Source: a virus
Taxonomy: Duplodnaviria; Caudoviricetes
IMG/VR virus record: IMGVR_UViG_3300046004_001107
Span: 1-60,740 of that record
Length of the DNA stretch: 60,740 nucleotides
Reading direction: 5' to 3' (one strand)
In this document: positions 38,968 through 49,423 of the stretch, piece by piece
Numbering within the stretch: position 1 is the stretch's first letter
Layout of the letters: every line of letters begins with the position of its first letter
Notes under the pieces: generated by a model
Told to the model about the DNA's origin: nothing
The model's input: the letters and a program-made list of their open reading frames with translations, nothing else
Databases searched by the model: none
Program-made: the position numbers and the translations under genes

Positions 38968-39725
38968 AAACTAAAATAATTTCGTTACCAGGTGCCACAG
39001 AACGGCAAGAAAAAATTAAAACAAATTTTAAAAATATAGATTATGATTTGGTAATGGGGGTATCTCCAAATGATATAGTATTTTATCAAGCGAATCTTCC
39101 ATATTATGTATTTGATAATTTATCCTTTTTTATCAATAAAACTAATATGATGAAGTATACAAATCGAACATGGGTTAGATTTGGAGAAATAGCCGCACTT
39201 ATGGCTCATTACAGACTATGGAAAGAGATAGCCAAAGAAGTTGATGAAATGGTATATTTAATATGTGAAGATGATTGTTTACCATCTGATACATTTAAAA
39301 TGAAAAATTTAAAAACTTTTGATTATACTAAAATTGATTTTTTATATCTACAGGCAATCACAGCACATTATCAAACTAAAACTGATGTTTTAAATAAATT
39401 AGATTATACTAACTGGGATCAAAATTTAAAACATATTAATAAATTTAAAAATTATATGTGTGAAGGTTTAGCAGCATATTGTATTACAAAAACTGGAGCT
39501 CAAAAGTTGTGTGCATATATTGAAAAAAATGGTTATGATGGTCCGGTAGATAATATAATAGTACGCTTAGAAAATTTTGAATGTGTCTGTCCAACAAAAT
39601 TAGAAGATTATTTTAATTTAGATGATACATCAAAATATTCTTATACACATACTGGTACATTTAACAAAATATATGATCTAAATGGTATAGAACTTCAATC
39701 AAATAAAGAATTGCAACTAATTTAA
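38964..39725 (+). CDS. GT25-like glycosyltransferase with ATA or lost start codon
   Basis: IISLPGATERQ lies upstream of the track's start at 39048; GEIAALMAHYRLW, LICEDD, AAYCITKTGA, GPVD. Confidence 0.7.
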   Translation: MKTKIISLPGATERQEKIKTNFKNIDYDLVMGVSPNDIVFYQANLPYYVFDNLSFFINKTNMMKYTNRTWVRFGEIAALMAHYRLWKEIAKEVDEMVYLICEDDCLPSDTFKMKNLKTFDYTKIDFLYLQAITAHYQTKTDVLNKLDYTNWDQNLKHINKFKNYMCEGLAAYCITKTGAQKLCAYIEKNGYDGPVDNIIVRLENFECVCPTKLEDYFNLDDTSKYSYTHTGTFNKIYDLNGIELQSNKELQLI

Positions 39726-39753
39726 TTGCATATTACATAATACACGATATAAT
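39726..39753 (+). promoter_or_regulatory. sigma70-like promoter
   Basis: TTGCAT-N16-TATAAT. Confidence 0.55.
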
Positions 39754-39765
39754 ATTGAGACTTAT

Positions 39766-41073
39766 ATGAATGATATATTAAAAGCTGTAGAAAATTATAT
39801 TAATCACAAACCAAAGAAGATATGGATTCCAGGTCACGATTGGGTTCAGTATGCTGGACCTTATTTTGATTCAGAAGAATATGTTGAAGCCATATCAGCT
39901 TTATTGCAAGGGTGGTTAGTTTTAGGGCAAAATGGTATTAAATTTGAAAATACATTTCCAGATCTTTTTAATAAAAAATTTGGTATTTTAACAAATAGTG
40001 GAAGTAGTTCCAATTTGTTAATGTTATCAGCATTAACATCAAAAAGATTATATAATCTTCCCAAAGGAACAAAAGTAATCACACCGATTGCTGGATTTCC
40101 CACAACTATTAATCCTATATTTCAAGTTGGATTTGAACCAGTTTTTGTTGATATTGATTTAGATACATTAAATTTAAATTTAGATCAAGTAGAACAAAAA
40201 GCAAAAGAAGGATGTAAAGTACTTATTTTTGCACACGTATTAGGAAATCCACCTAATATGGATAGACTAATGGATATAGTTAATAAGTACAATTTAATTC
40301 TTTTAGAAGATTGTTGTGATGCTTTAGGTTCATCATATAGAGGAAACCCATTAGGTTCATTTGGTATTATGTCTAGTTGCTCGTTCTATCCTGCTCACCA
40401 TATGACAATGGGTGAAGGTGGCTTTATTGCATGTAATACACAAGAACAAGAAACTGTAATTAGAAGTTTTCGTGAATGGGGAAGAGGTTGCTTTTGCGTT
40501 GGTCAAAAAGCAAATACACTAAAGAATGGATGTTGTGGAAAAAGATTTTCAAATTGGTTGCCATCACTACCAGATGAGATCTTTGATCATAAGTATGTTT
40601 ATGATGAAATTGGTTATAATCTAAAACCAATCGAATTGCAAGCAGCCATTGGACTTGCTCAAATGAAAAAGCTTCCTAAGATACATGAACTTAGAAAAGC
40701 TAATCATAAAAGATTATATAATATATTTTCAAAATATGAAGAATATTTTATTTTACCAGAAGCAACTGAACATTCTGATCCTAGTTGGTTTGCATTTGCT
40801 ATAACTATAAAGGATAATAATAGATTTAAGAGAAAAGATATTATCAATTATTTTGAGGATCATAAAATACAAACAAGACCATACTTTGCAGGAAATATTA
40901 TGTTACAACCTGCATATGAGAATATTATGGATACTCAAGATGTTATAAATAATTACCCCAATGCTCGAAAGGTTACTACAGATACATTCTTCTTAGGAAC
41001 TAGTCCAGTTATAACAATAGAGCAATTGAATTACATTGAAGTGACGTTAAATAATTTTTTTAAACTAATATAA
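39766..41073 (+). CDS. rfbH: NDP-4-keto-6-deoxyhexose 3-dehydrase (RfbH/DdhC-like, DegT fold)
   Basis: NSGSSSNLL, EDCCDALGS, SFYPAHHMTMGEGG (His at the usual Lys site), WGRGCFC..CCGKRF, DHKYVY..GYNLK. Confidence 0.85.
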   Translation: MNDILKAVENYINHKPKKIWIPGHDWVQYAGPYFDSEEYVEAISALLQGWLVLGQNGIKFENTFPDLFNKKFGILTNSGSSSNLLMLSALTSKRLYNLPKGTKVITPIAGFPTTINPIFQVGFEPVFVDIDLDTLNLNLDQVEQKAKEGCKVLIFAHVLGNPPNMDRLMDIVNKYNLILLEDCCDALGSSYRGNPLGSFGIMSSCSFYPAHHMTMGEGGFIACNTQEQETVIRSFREWGRGCFCVGQKANTLKNGCCGKRFSNWLPSLPDEIFDHKYVYDEIGYNLKPIELQAAIGLAQMKKLPKIHELRKANHKRLYNIFSKYEEYFILPEATEHSDPSWFAFAITIKDNNRFKRKDIINYFEDHKIQTRPYFAGNIMLQPAYENIMDTQDVINNYPNARKVTTDTFFLGTSPVITIEQLNYIEVTLNNFFKLI

Positions 41074-41081
41074 GGATAAAA

Positions 41082-41711
41082 ATGACTACAAGAACTGAAC
41101 AATTAAAAAATACTGTTTTTAAAGCTTTGAATAATGAAACCCCAGCAAATATTACTGATAAAATCTTAGAAATTAAAGGTTTTTCTGGAAAGGATTATAA
41201 AAGATTTGCCAATCGCCTTTTATCGGATCAATTAATTAAAAATTACTTAGAGATTGGTGTATGGCATGGGTCAACTGCTATAGCCGCTTTACACGGAAAT
41301 ACAGATAAATTAAATTATTCACTTGTAGATAATTTTTCTCAATTTGGCTCACCAAAGCAAGAGTTTTTAAATAATTGGAAAGATAATATTGGAACTGATC
41401 CAAATTTAATTGATGAGGATTGTTTTCAAATAAATCTCCAACAAAAAAATATTAAAGATATAGATGCATATTTTTATGATGGAGATCATGAAGAACTAGA
41501 TCATTATTTGGCACTGCAATATTATTATTTAAGTATGTCAAAATCATTTATCTATATGGTAGATGATTGGTGTTGGCCAAAAGTTCAGATGGGTACAATA
41601 CGTGCAATTAAAGAACTTAATTTAAAAATATCTTTACAAGTAAGCTTTTATGGTGAAGAAGACGCAGAAGGTTGGTGGAATGGATGTAGTATTTTTGTAT
41701 TTGAAAAATAA
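41082..41711 (+). CDS. class I SAM-dependent methyltransferase
   Basis: YLEIGVWHGST, YFYDGDH, VDDW. Confidence 0.8.
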   Translation: MTTRTEQLKNTVFKALNNETPANITDKILEIKGFSGKDYKRFANRLLSDQLIKNYLEIGVWHGSTAIAALHGNTDKLNYSLVDNFSQFGSPKQEFLNNWKDNIGTDPNLIDEDCFQINLQQKNIKDIDAYFYDGDHEELDHYLALQYYYLSMSKSFIYMVDDWCWPKVQMGTIRAIKELNLKISLQVSFYGEEDAEGWWNGCSIFVFEK

Positions 41712-41713
41712 TT

Positions 41714-42406
41714 ATGAAACGAACATTAATAATAACAGGGTATACTGATTCAGTAAGATCTATAGATTCTACTGATAACACAATGGAAGAAGTATTTGAT
41801 ATAACTCTTCCATCTAAAATAAAGTATGCTAAAAAACATGGATATGATTTTTTAGCAATGCAATCTTTTGGTAGTGATAAATCTGGAAACTATAAAGATA
41901 CTGATATTGGGTTTTTAAGAGCATTAAGAACATTTGAAATGTTAGAATCTTATGATACTGTTATGTGGATTGATGCTGATTCTTTAATTACAAATTTAAA
42001 TTATAAAATTGAAGATTTTTTAGTTCCTTCAGAATATGCATTTTATGCATCTTATGATTGGTTAGGTACTAATAGTTTAAGTGGTGGAAATTTTATTATA
42101 CAAAATAATGAATCAACAAAAGACTTTTTAAAAAGTTTTTATGAATTATCTAAACATTACAACGAAGAACAAACTACATTAAATGTTATGTATTTTAATA
42201 TGATAAATAAAAATTATATTAAAATATTAGAACATAAATTTTTAGGTTCTGTTCCATCTATTGATGATTATACAACAGAAATATGGGGCAAAAGACCATC
42301 TCCTCCATATCCATGGACACCAGAATCTTTTTTAGTTCATTTAACGGGTATAGCTAATAAAGAAAGAATACATATGTTATCTACGATATATAAAGATTAT
42401 CTATGA
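41714..42406 (+). CDS. GT-A glycosyltransferase (GT34/MNN10-like)
   Basis: KIKYAKKHGYDF, VMWIDAD, EQTTLN, FLVHLTG. Confidence 0.75.
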   Translation: MKRTLIITGYTDSVRSIDSTDNTMEEVFDITLPSKIKYAKKHGYDFLAMQSFGSDKSGNYKDTDIGFLRALRTFEMLESYDTVMWIDADSLITNLNYKIEDFLVPSEYAFYASYDWLGTNSLSGGNFIIQNNESTKDFLKSFYELSKHYNEEQTTLNVMYFNMINKNYIKILEHKFLGSVPSIDDYTTEIWGKRPSPPYPWTPESFLVHLTGIANKERIHMLSTIYKDYL

Positions 42407-43080
42407 ATAAATTGAATCTTAAAAATATTACTCTCTATTCTTTAAATTGTGTTAACCCAGTTAATAGTATAAAAGCTTTATTGTATAGTTCCAAAGATAT
42501 TGATTTTGCTGAATTGGTTTTAATAAGTAATAAAAAACCAGAAAATCTTCCAAGTAATATAAAATTTGTTTATACAAGTTATACAACACATAAAGAAAGT
42601 TCATTATTTACTTATACCACTTTACCAGATTTAATTGAAACTGATTATTGTCTTGGAATTCATGATGATGGGTTTGTAATAAATCCAACTCTATGGGATT
42701 CAAATTTTTTAAACTATGATTATATTGGAGCTCCATGGAAGTGGGAAGGTAGAAGGAACAGAGTTGGAAATGGTGGATTTGTATTGAAAAGTAAAAAATT
42801 TATAAAACTTACCAAAAATTTAAAATCTTTGGGATATTGTGATGATGGTGAACTTACAAATATGTATTATGATTATTTTATTCAAAATGGATGTAAGTAT
42901 GCTCCGGTAGAGGTTGCTATGAAATTTGCTTTAGAATCAAAAATACCAGAATGTGAATTTAATTTAAATAATTGTTTTGGTTTTCATGGTCGGGGTAACC
43001 CAGATAGTGTAACAGTCCATGATGGTTTTTATCACCAATTTCAAGATAAAATAAAACTTTTAGAGACTATTGTTATATGA
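42403..43080 (+). CDS. DUF5672-like putative glycosyltransferase
   Basis: HDDGFVINP..WD..FLNYDYIGAPW..VGNGGF..FGFHG. Confidence 0.75.
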   Translation: MNKLNLKNITLYSLNCVNPVNSIKALLYSSKDIDFAELVLISNKKPENLPSNIKFVYTSYTTHKESSLFTYTTLPDLIETDYCLGIHDDGFVINPTLWDSNFLNYDYIGAPWKWEGRRNRVGNGGFVLKSKKFIKLTKNLKSLGYCDDGELTNMYYDYFIQNGCKYAPVEVAMKFALESKIPECEFNLNNCFGFHGRGNPDSVTVHDGFYHQFQDKIKLLETIVI

Positions 43081-43886
43081 TAAATGAAAAGTATTTAATT
43101 TTAAAACCAGAACACTATTGTGGTATGTGTGGATGTATATGGCAAGTTATTCGCGCCATATATCACAATCCAAATAAATTATATTATATTGATTTTAAGG
43201 ATAGTATCTATAATACGACTATTGATGGTAACGTATGGGATCTATTTTTTTACCAACCTCATATAGATCATTTTCCAGATCAAAGTAAGACTGAAGGTTT
43301 TGTTGGTCATATACCAGATCAATCTAGTAATTTTATCTGGATTGAAACTATTCCATATACATTAGAAGAAATACAAAATAGAAGAATTATTTTTAATAGT
43401 ATTATAAATAAGTATATTAAATTAAAACCAGAGATTTTAAATAAAGTAAATAATTTTGTAGAACAAGAATTTAAAAATAAAAATATTCTTGGTATCCATT
43501 TAAGAGGCACAGATCATCCATATAAAAAAAATATGGATGGGTATTTTGAAGTAATTGATAATTATGTAAATGATTATGATAAAATTTTTATATCTTCAGA
43601 TTCACAAGAAAGATTTGAAAAAGCAAAACAGCATTATGGTGATAAAGTAATAGCTTATGATGCACTGAGAAGTAATAATGACAGTACTCCATTACACATG
43701 CCAAAGTACGAAACTAGATGGAAAAGAAATGCTTCATCTGAGTACCAATATAAAATATGTGAAGACGTTATAGTTGAAGCATACTTGTTATCAAATGTAA
43801 ATTTTTTAATTTGTTGTCCGGGATCAAATGTTAGTTATTTTTCTAGAGCATTAAATCCAAATTTAAATGCAATAGAAATTTTTTAA
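43077..43886 (+). CDS. NodZ/GT23-like fucosyltransferase
   Basis: LGIHLRGTD, IFISSDS, VIVEAYLLS..GSNVS. Confidence 0.7.
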   Translation: MINEKYLILKPEHYCGMCGCIWQVIRAIYHNPNKLYYIDFKDSIYNTTIDGNVWDLFFYQPHIDHFPDQSKTEGFVGHIPDQSSNFIWIETIPYTLEEIQNRRIIFNSIINKYIKLKPEILNKVNNFVEQEFKNKNILGIHLRGTDHPYKKNMDGYFEVIDNYVNDYDKIFISSDSQERFEKAKQHYGDKVIAYDALRSNNDSTPLHMPKYETRWKRNASSEYQYKICEDVIVEAYLLSNVNFLICCPGSNVSYFSRALNPNLNAIEIF

Positions 43887-43903
43887 AAAGGTGATATGTA
43901 TAA

Positions 43904-44860
43904 ATGAATATTAAAGTAGTATATGTAACAGGCTGTTTGGGTTTTATTGGATCGTATATAACCCGTGAATGTCTTAAAAAAGGATGGTATGTAAAAGGTG
44001 TAGATAAGATCACCTATGCAGCAAATGATCAACTTTTGCAAGAGTTTGAAGCCCATAAAAATTTTTCATTTGTTCATTGTGACATTAATGATTTGACATT
44101 TTTATATGATTGTGATTATGTAATTAATACTGCAGCAGAGACGCATGTTGGAAACTCTATTGTTAATAGTGATGATTTTATATCATCAAATATAAATGGT
44201 GTACACAATCTTTTAGAAATGATCAAAAACCACAGACAAGAAAATGGCAAGGTTCCAACTTTAGTACACTTTAGTACTGATGAAGTATACGGTGATATTG
44301 CTCAAGGAGCCCACACAGAAACAGATATTTTAAAGCCATCAAATCCATATTCTGCATCAAAAGCTGCCGCAGATATGTTAATAATGGCATGGTCAAGAAC
44401 GTATAACCTACCATATATAATTTTGCGTCCAACGAATAATTATGGTATTGGTCAATATGTAGAAAAATTAATACCAAAAACTTGTAAATATATTACTTTA
44501 GGAAGAAAAATTCCTCTTCATAATGGTGGAACGCCCGTTCGAAACTGGCTACATGCAAAAGATACTGCCAGAGCAGTTATTACTATAATTGAATCTAATG
44601 CAAAAAATGAAATTTTTAATATCTGTGGTGGTTATGAACAAACTAATATGGATACAATAAAAAAACTTTTAGCCTCATTGGGTATTCACGAAAATGATAT
44701 AGATAGTCACATAGATTATTCATATAGCCGTCCTGGTCAAGATGTTCGTTATGCGTTAGATGATTCTAAATTAACATCACTTGGATGGAAACCGGAAGAA
44801 AACTTTAATATGGAAATTCAAAGTATTGCAGAGTACTATAAAAACAATTTTATTTGGTAA
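43904..44860 (+). CDS. rmlB: NDP-glucose 4,6-dehydratase (RmlB-like)
   Basis: TGCLGFIGS, DKITYAA, AAETHV, STDEVYG, PYSASKAA, RPGQDVRY. Confidence 0.88.
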   Translation: MNIKVVYVTGCLGFIGSYITRECLKKGWYVKGVDKITYAANDQLLQEFEAHKNFSFVHCDINDLTFLYDCDYVINTAAETHVGNSIVNSDDFISSNINGVHNLLEMIKNHRQENGKVPTLVHFSTDEVYGDIAQGAHTETDILKPSNPYSASKAAADMLIMAWSRTYNLPYIILRPTNNYGIGQYVEKLIPKTCKYITLGRKIPLHNGGTPVRNWLHAKDTARAVITIIESNAKNEIFNICGGYEQTNMDTIKKLLASLGIHENDIDSHIDYSYSRPGQDVRYALDDSKLTSLGWKPEENFNMEIQSIAEYYKNNFIW

Positions 44861-45492
44861 ATAATATAGTGATTAATCTAAAAAAAATAATACTTGATAT
44901 AGCGTATAAAAATAAATTGAGCCATTTAGGTAGTTATTTTTCTTCTATTGATATTATAGATTTAATCTATAGTAAAATGGCTAAGGATGATATATTTATT
45001 TTATCATCAGGTCATGCAGCATTAGCTTTATATGCTTGTCTTGAAAAATATCATAATATTAATGCTGAATCTATGTTTTTAAAACATGGAGGTCATCCCC
45101 ATAGGGATGAAGAAAATAAAATTTATTGTTCAACAGGAAGTTTGGGATTAGGTATTACCATCGCACTTGGAAGAGCAGTAGCAAATCCCAATAAAAAAGT
45201 TTATGTTCTTATTAGTGATGGTGAGTGTGCAGAGGGAAGTGTGTGGGAATCTTTAAAAACAATATACGAACATAAAATTAATAATATTGAAATTCATGTA
45301 AATGTAAATGGCTATGCAGCATATATGGAAGTTGACCAAGAGTATTTGATAACAAGATTAAAATCATTTCTTCCATCAGTTGTAATACACAAAACATCTG
45401 TAGAGCAATTTTCTTTTTTAAAGGGTTTGAATGCACATTATCATGTAATGAGCGAAGAGAATTATAATAAAGGACTTTTGGAACTACAATGA
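44854..45492 (+). CDS. transketolase-like N-terminal (TPP-binding) subunit
   Basis: SHLGS, ILSSGH, GSLGLG, SDGECAEGSVWE. Confidence 0.85.
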   Translation: MVNNIVINLKKIILDIAYKNKLSHLGSYFSSIDIIDLIYSKMAKDDIFILSSGHAALALYACLEKYHNINAESMFLKHGGHPHRDEENKIYCSTGSLGLGITIALGRAVANPNKKVYVLISDGECAEGSVWESLKTIYEHKINNIEIHVNVNGYAAYMEVDQEYLITRLKSFLPSVVIHKTSVEQFSFLKGLNAHYHVMSEENYNKGLLELQ

Positions 45493-45965
45493 GAAAGAAT
45501 TTTGCAGAACGTTTACATAATGAAATGAAAGTGAATCAAAATATATATTTGATTACGGGTGATTTGGGATATGGTTTATGGGATAATATAAGAGATTCCT
45601 TTCAAGGAAGATTTTTTAATGTAGGCTCGTCAGAAATGGCTATGATGGGAATGGCAATTGGTTTAGCTATGGAAGGAAAAATTCCATTTGTTTATTCTAT
45701 AACTCCCTTTGCAATTTATCGTCCATTTGAGATGATTAGAAATTATTTGGATCATGAAAATATTCCCGTGAATATAATTGGTGGTGGGCGAGATAGAGAC
45801 TATGGATATCTTGGATTTTCACATTGGGCTGATGATGACAAAAAAATAATGGAATCATTTAAAAATATTAGAATTATGCATCCAACAAATATAGATGAAC
45901 TACAAATAAATTTTAATCAATTAATAAATGATCGTAAACCAACATATTTAAATCTTAAAAAATGA
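45489..45965 (+). CDS. transketolase-like pyrimidine-binding subunit
   Basis: TGDLGYG, RFFNVGSSE, GLAMEG, RPFEMIRN, LGFSH. Confidence 0.85.
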   Translation: MRKNFAERLHNEMKVNQNIYLITGDLGYGLWDNIRDSFQGRFFNVGSSEMAMMGMAIGLAMEGKIPFVYSITPFAIYRPFEMIRNYLDHENIPVNIIGGGRDRDYGYLGFSHWADDDKKIMESFKNIRIMHPTNIDELQINFNQLINDRKPTYLNLKK

Positions 45966-46744
45966 ATATATTGATTACAGGTGCAAATGGCTATGTTGGT
46001 AAAAGTATTTATTGTGCATTAAAAAATGTATATAATATAACTTGTATTACTAGAAATGATTTTGATTTAACAAATTTAAATTGTTGTTCTGATTGGTTTT
46101 ATAACAAATCATTTGATGTTGTAATACACACAGCTGCAGTAGGTGGAAGTAGACTTATAAAAGATGATGAAAGTGTTTTGACAAAAAATATTAAAATATA
46201 TAATAATATTATATCTTGCAGAAAACATTTTAATAAAATGATATATTTTGGTTCTGGTGCAGAAATATTTCAACCAAATACTTTTTATGGAACTAGTAAA
46301 AAAGTTATATCAGAATTAATAAATGAAACGGAGTCTGTTTATAATTTAAGAATATTTGGCGTTTTTGATGAAAATGAATTAAATACTCGATTTATAAAAG
46401 CAAATATTCTTCGATATATTAATAAAGAACCAATGTTAATACAGTCAAACAAACTTATGGACTTTTTCTATATGAAAGATTTAATATCTTTAGTTCAATA
46501 TTATATTAAAAATGATACTTTGGATAAAACTATTAATTGTTCTTATGAAACAAAAAGTACATTGGTAAATATAGCAAATTTTATTAATACTTTATCTGAT
46601 TATAAAGTTTCTGTTAATATTGAACAAAAACATACTTTAGATTTTTATTGTGGTAATAGCTACTTACCTATAACTCCAATAGGATTAGAGCAAGGAATTT
46701 TAAATACATATAAAATACTTAAAAATAATAGTTGTATTATTTAA
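45962..46744 (+). CDS. NAD-dependent sugar epimerase/reductase (SDR)
   Basis: ILITGANGYVG, HTAAVGG, YGTSK. Confidence 0.8.
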   Translation: MNILITGANGYVGKSIYCALKNVYNITCITRNDFDLTNLNCCSDWFYNKSFDVVIHTAAVGGSRLIKDDESVLTKNIKIYNNIISCRKHFNKMIYFGSGAEIFQPNTFYGTSKKVISELINETESVYNLRIFGVFDENELNTRFIKANILRYINKEPMLIQSNKLMDFFYMKDLISLVQYYIKNDTLDKTINCSYETKSTLVNIANFINTLSDYKVSVNIEQKHTLDFYCGNSYLPITPIGLEQGILNTYKILKNNSCII

Positions 46745-46765
46745 TATATGGTGGTATAATAAGCT

Positions 46766-47338
46766 GTGCAACAACCTAAAAAGAAAAGAAAAAACAAAGC
46801 AGCTTCAGATGCTGATTACGTGAGTAATCAGGATCTTTTAGATGCATTAATTGGATACAAACAAAAAAAGGAAGATGCAGAAAATATTGGTCGTAAAAAG
46901 CCAAAGATTCCAGATTTTATAGGGGAATGTATTTTAAAAATTGCTTCTAGGCTTTCATATCGCCCCAATTTTGCAAACTATCCATATAGAGAAGAAATGG
47001 TATCTGATGCAGTTTTAAACTGTGTTACCTATATTGATAACTTTGATCCAGAAAAGTCCAGCAGCCCTTTTGGTTATTTAACCCAAATCTGCTGGTTTTC
47101 TTTTGTTCGTATTATAAACAAAGAAAAACGAGAAAAGTATACCCAATACAAGTATGCCGAACAGCAGAATGATAAAGACTTTCATCATTGGTTCAATGAA
47201 ACCTATGCTGGTATTGATATAGGTCGTAGAGACTTTTTTGGTCTTACTGATCTTGATATGACTAGATTCGATGAAATGCTAACTCCCAAGAAAGCTAAAA
47301 GAACTCGCAAATCTAAAAAACCAACACTCGATATATGA
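46766..47338 (+). CDS. gp55: late-transcription sigma factor
   Basis: [51 protein letters not shown]; TGG-TATAAT 5 nt before GTG. Confidence 0.95.
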   Translation: MQQPKKKRKNKAASDADYVSNQDLLDALIGYKQKKEDAENIGRKKPKIPDFIGECILKIASRLSYRPNFANYPYREEMVSDAVLNCVTYIDNFDPEKSSSPFGYLTQICWFSFVRIINKEKREKYTQYKYAEQQNDKDFHHWFNETYAGIDIGRRDFFGLTDLDMTRFDEMLTPKKAKRTRKSKKPTLDI

Positions 47339-48396
47339 AAAAAATAGCATTAATTACTGGAATTTCTGGACAAGACGGAAGTTATCTTACTGATTTTTTA
47401 TTATCTAAAGGATATGAAGTCCATGGATTAATTCGTCGAAGTTCTTCCTTCAATACCGGAAGACTAGAACATCATATTGAAAACCCAGAAGTTTACAATA
47501 AAACATTATTTCTTCATTATGGAGATATGAATGATTTTACAAGTATATACAATATTCTTTTAAAATATAATCCTACAGAACTTTATAATCTTGCAGCACA
47601 GAGCCATGTAAGGTTGTCTTTTGATATGCCAGTATATACTGGGGAGGTAGATGCTATAGGAACAACAAATGTATTAGAGGCTATAAGATCATACCAAGAT
47701 CATAGTGAAAATAAAATTCGTTACTATCAAGCATCAAGCAGTGAAATGTTTGGAAAGGTACAAGAAGTTCCTCAGAAAGAAACTACTCCCTTTTATCCTA
47801 GATCCCCATATGGTTGTGCCAAAGCATATAGTCACTATATGACAGTTAATTACCGCGAAAGTTACGATATGCATGCCTCGTGTGGTATTCTATTCAATCA
47901 TGAAAGCCCTCGTAGAGGGGAAACATTTGTAACTAGAAAAATTACCAGGGCTGTTGGTAGAATTTCTCAAGGACTTCAAAAAGAATTAAGATTGGGAAAT
48001 ATTGACTCACTAAGAGATTGGGGGTATGCTGGTGATTATGTTGAGGCAATGTGGATGATGCTTCAGCAAGATACACCAGATGATTATGTTATTGCTACCG
48101 GGCAGATGATTTCTGTTAGAGAATTTTGTGATTATGCTTTTGGATTGATTGGAAAAAATTATAAAGATTATGTAGTAATCGATCCAAAATATTATAGACC
48201 TACTGAAGTTGATCAGCTTCTTGGAGATTCAACTAAGGCTCAACGAGTACTAAACTGGAAACCAAAAGTATCTGTTTATGAACTTGCTAAGATGATGGTT
48301 GATCAGGATGTTGAGTTAGCAAAGAAAGAATTTTTAGTTCATCATTTAATTGAAAAGAAAGAAACTAGAAAGATATATGAAGGCAGTCATTCTTAA
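47335..48396 (+). CDS. gmd: GDP-mannose 4,6-dehydratase
   Basis: [56 protein letters not shown]. Confidence 0.96.
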   Translation: MKKIALITGISGQDGSYLTDFLLSKGYEVHGLIRRSSSFNTGRLEHHIENPEVYNKTLFLHYGDMNDFTSIYNILLKYNPTELYNLAAQSHVRLSFDMPVYTGEVDAIGTTNVLEAIRSYQDHSENKIRYYQASSSEMFGKVQEVPQKETTPFYPRSPYGCAKAYSHYMTVNYRESYDMHASCGILFNHESPRRGETFVTRKITRAVGRISQGLQKELRLGNIDSLRDWGYAGDYVEAMWMMLQQDTPDDYVIATGQMISVREFCDYAFGLIGKNYKDYVVIDPKYYRPTEVDQLLGDSTKAQRVLNWKPKVSVYELAKMMVDQDVELAKKEFLVHHLIEKKETRKIYEGSHS

Positions 48397-49423
48397 TGAT
48401 ACCCACTTTGGGTATAAAGCAGATTCCCCAATAGTATTGGAATACTTTCTGTCCTTCTTTGAGGGACAGTTATTTCCATATATTAAAGAGAACGATATCA
48501 AGACCATCTTTCATTTAGGTGATGTCTTTGATCGTAGAAAATATATTAATTTTAAGACTCTTCAACAAGTTCGTACAAGGTTCTTTGAACCTCTTCAAGA
48601 ACTTGGTGTAAAGTGTATTGCTATCTGCGGCAATCATGATACATATTACAAGAATAACAACACGGTAAATTCTTTACAAGAAATTGCACAACAGTATTCA
48701 AACTGGGAGATTCATTCAGAACCAACAGAGATTCAAACCTCTGCTGGTTGTGTGGCATTATTGCCTTGGATCAATCCAGAGAATGAAATTCAATCGGCAG
48801 AGTTTATTACCAACACCACGTGCTCTCTACTACTAGGACACTTAGAGTTGTGTGGCTTTCAAAGTATTCGTGGTATCTTTATTGAGCATGGCTATGACCC
48901 AAAACATTTTGACAAATTTGAATATGTGCTTACTGGTCATTATCACATTAAATCTAGTCGGGACAATATACATTACTTGGGATCACAGTACCAGATGGCT
49001 TTCTCAGACGTTTGGGAAGCCAAAGGATTTCATGTATTTGATTTTGCAGCAAGAACGCTTGAATTTATTGAGAATCCAAAAAGGCTTTTCTATACGTTTG
49101 ACTACGATGAAGCCAACCCAGAAAAGTTAGACTACTCAAAGTTTAAAGATACATATGTTAAGATCTTTATCAAGAATAGAACTAAGAGTCCCGCTTTTGA
49201 GAAGTACATGGATAAATTCTATGAAGCAGGAGTGGCAGAATTGTCTGTAACAGAAGATGTAACTGCAAATCCAGATCTAGTGGCTGTTGATATTCATAAA
49301 GATACTCTACAGTTACTTCATGAAGAGATTGATACAGTTACAGAAAAATCAATTAATAAAAATGTACTTGCTGATATTATAAACACAGCATATAATACAG
49401 CCATGTCAAAGGATGAAGATTGA
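48377..49423 (+). CDS. gp47: recombination nuclease (Mre11/SbcD-like)
   Basis: [28 protein letters not shown]. Confidence 0.95.
   Translation: MKAVILNDTHFGYKADSPIVLEYFLSFFEGQLFPYIKENDIKTIFHLGDVFDRRKYINFKTLQQVRTRFFEPLQELGVKCIAICGNHDTYYKNNNTVNSLQEIAQQYSNWEIHSEPTEIQTSAGCVALLPWINPENEIQSAEFITNTTCSLLLGHLELCGFQSIRGIFIEHGYDPKHFDKFEYVLTGHYHIKSSRDNIHYLGSQYQMAFSDVWEAKGFHVFDFAARTLEFIENPKRLFYTFDYDEANPEKLDYSKFKDTYVKIFIKNRTKSPAFEKYMDKFYEAGVAELSVTEDVTANPDLVAVDIHKDTLQLLHEEIDTVTEKSINKNVLADIINTAYNTAMSKDED

Noticed and set aside
35873-46744. Island as a DNA hypermodification system
   Set aside because: No hydroxymethylase or T4-type DNA glucosyltransferase recognised and GT families are glycan-type; disfavoured but not excluded
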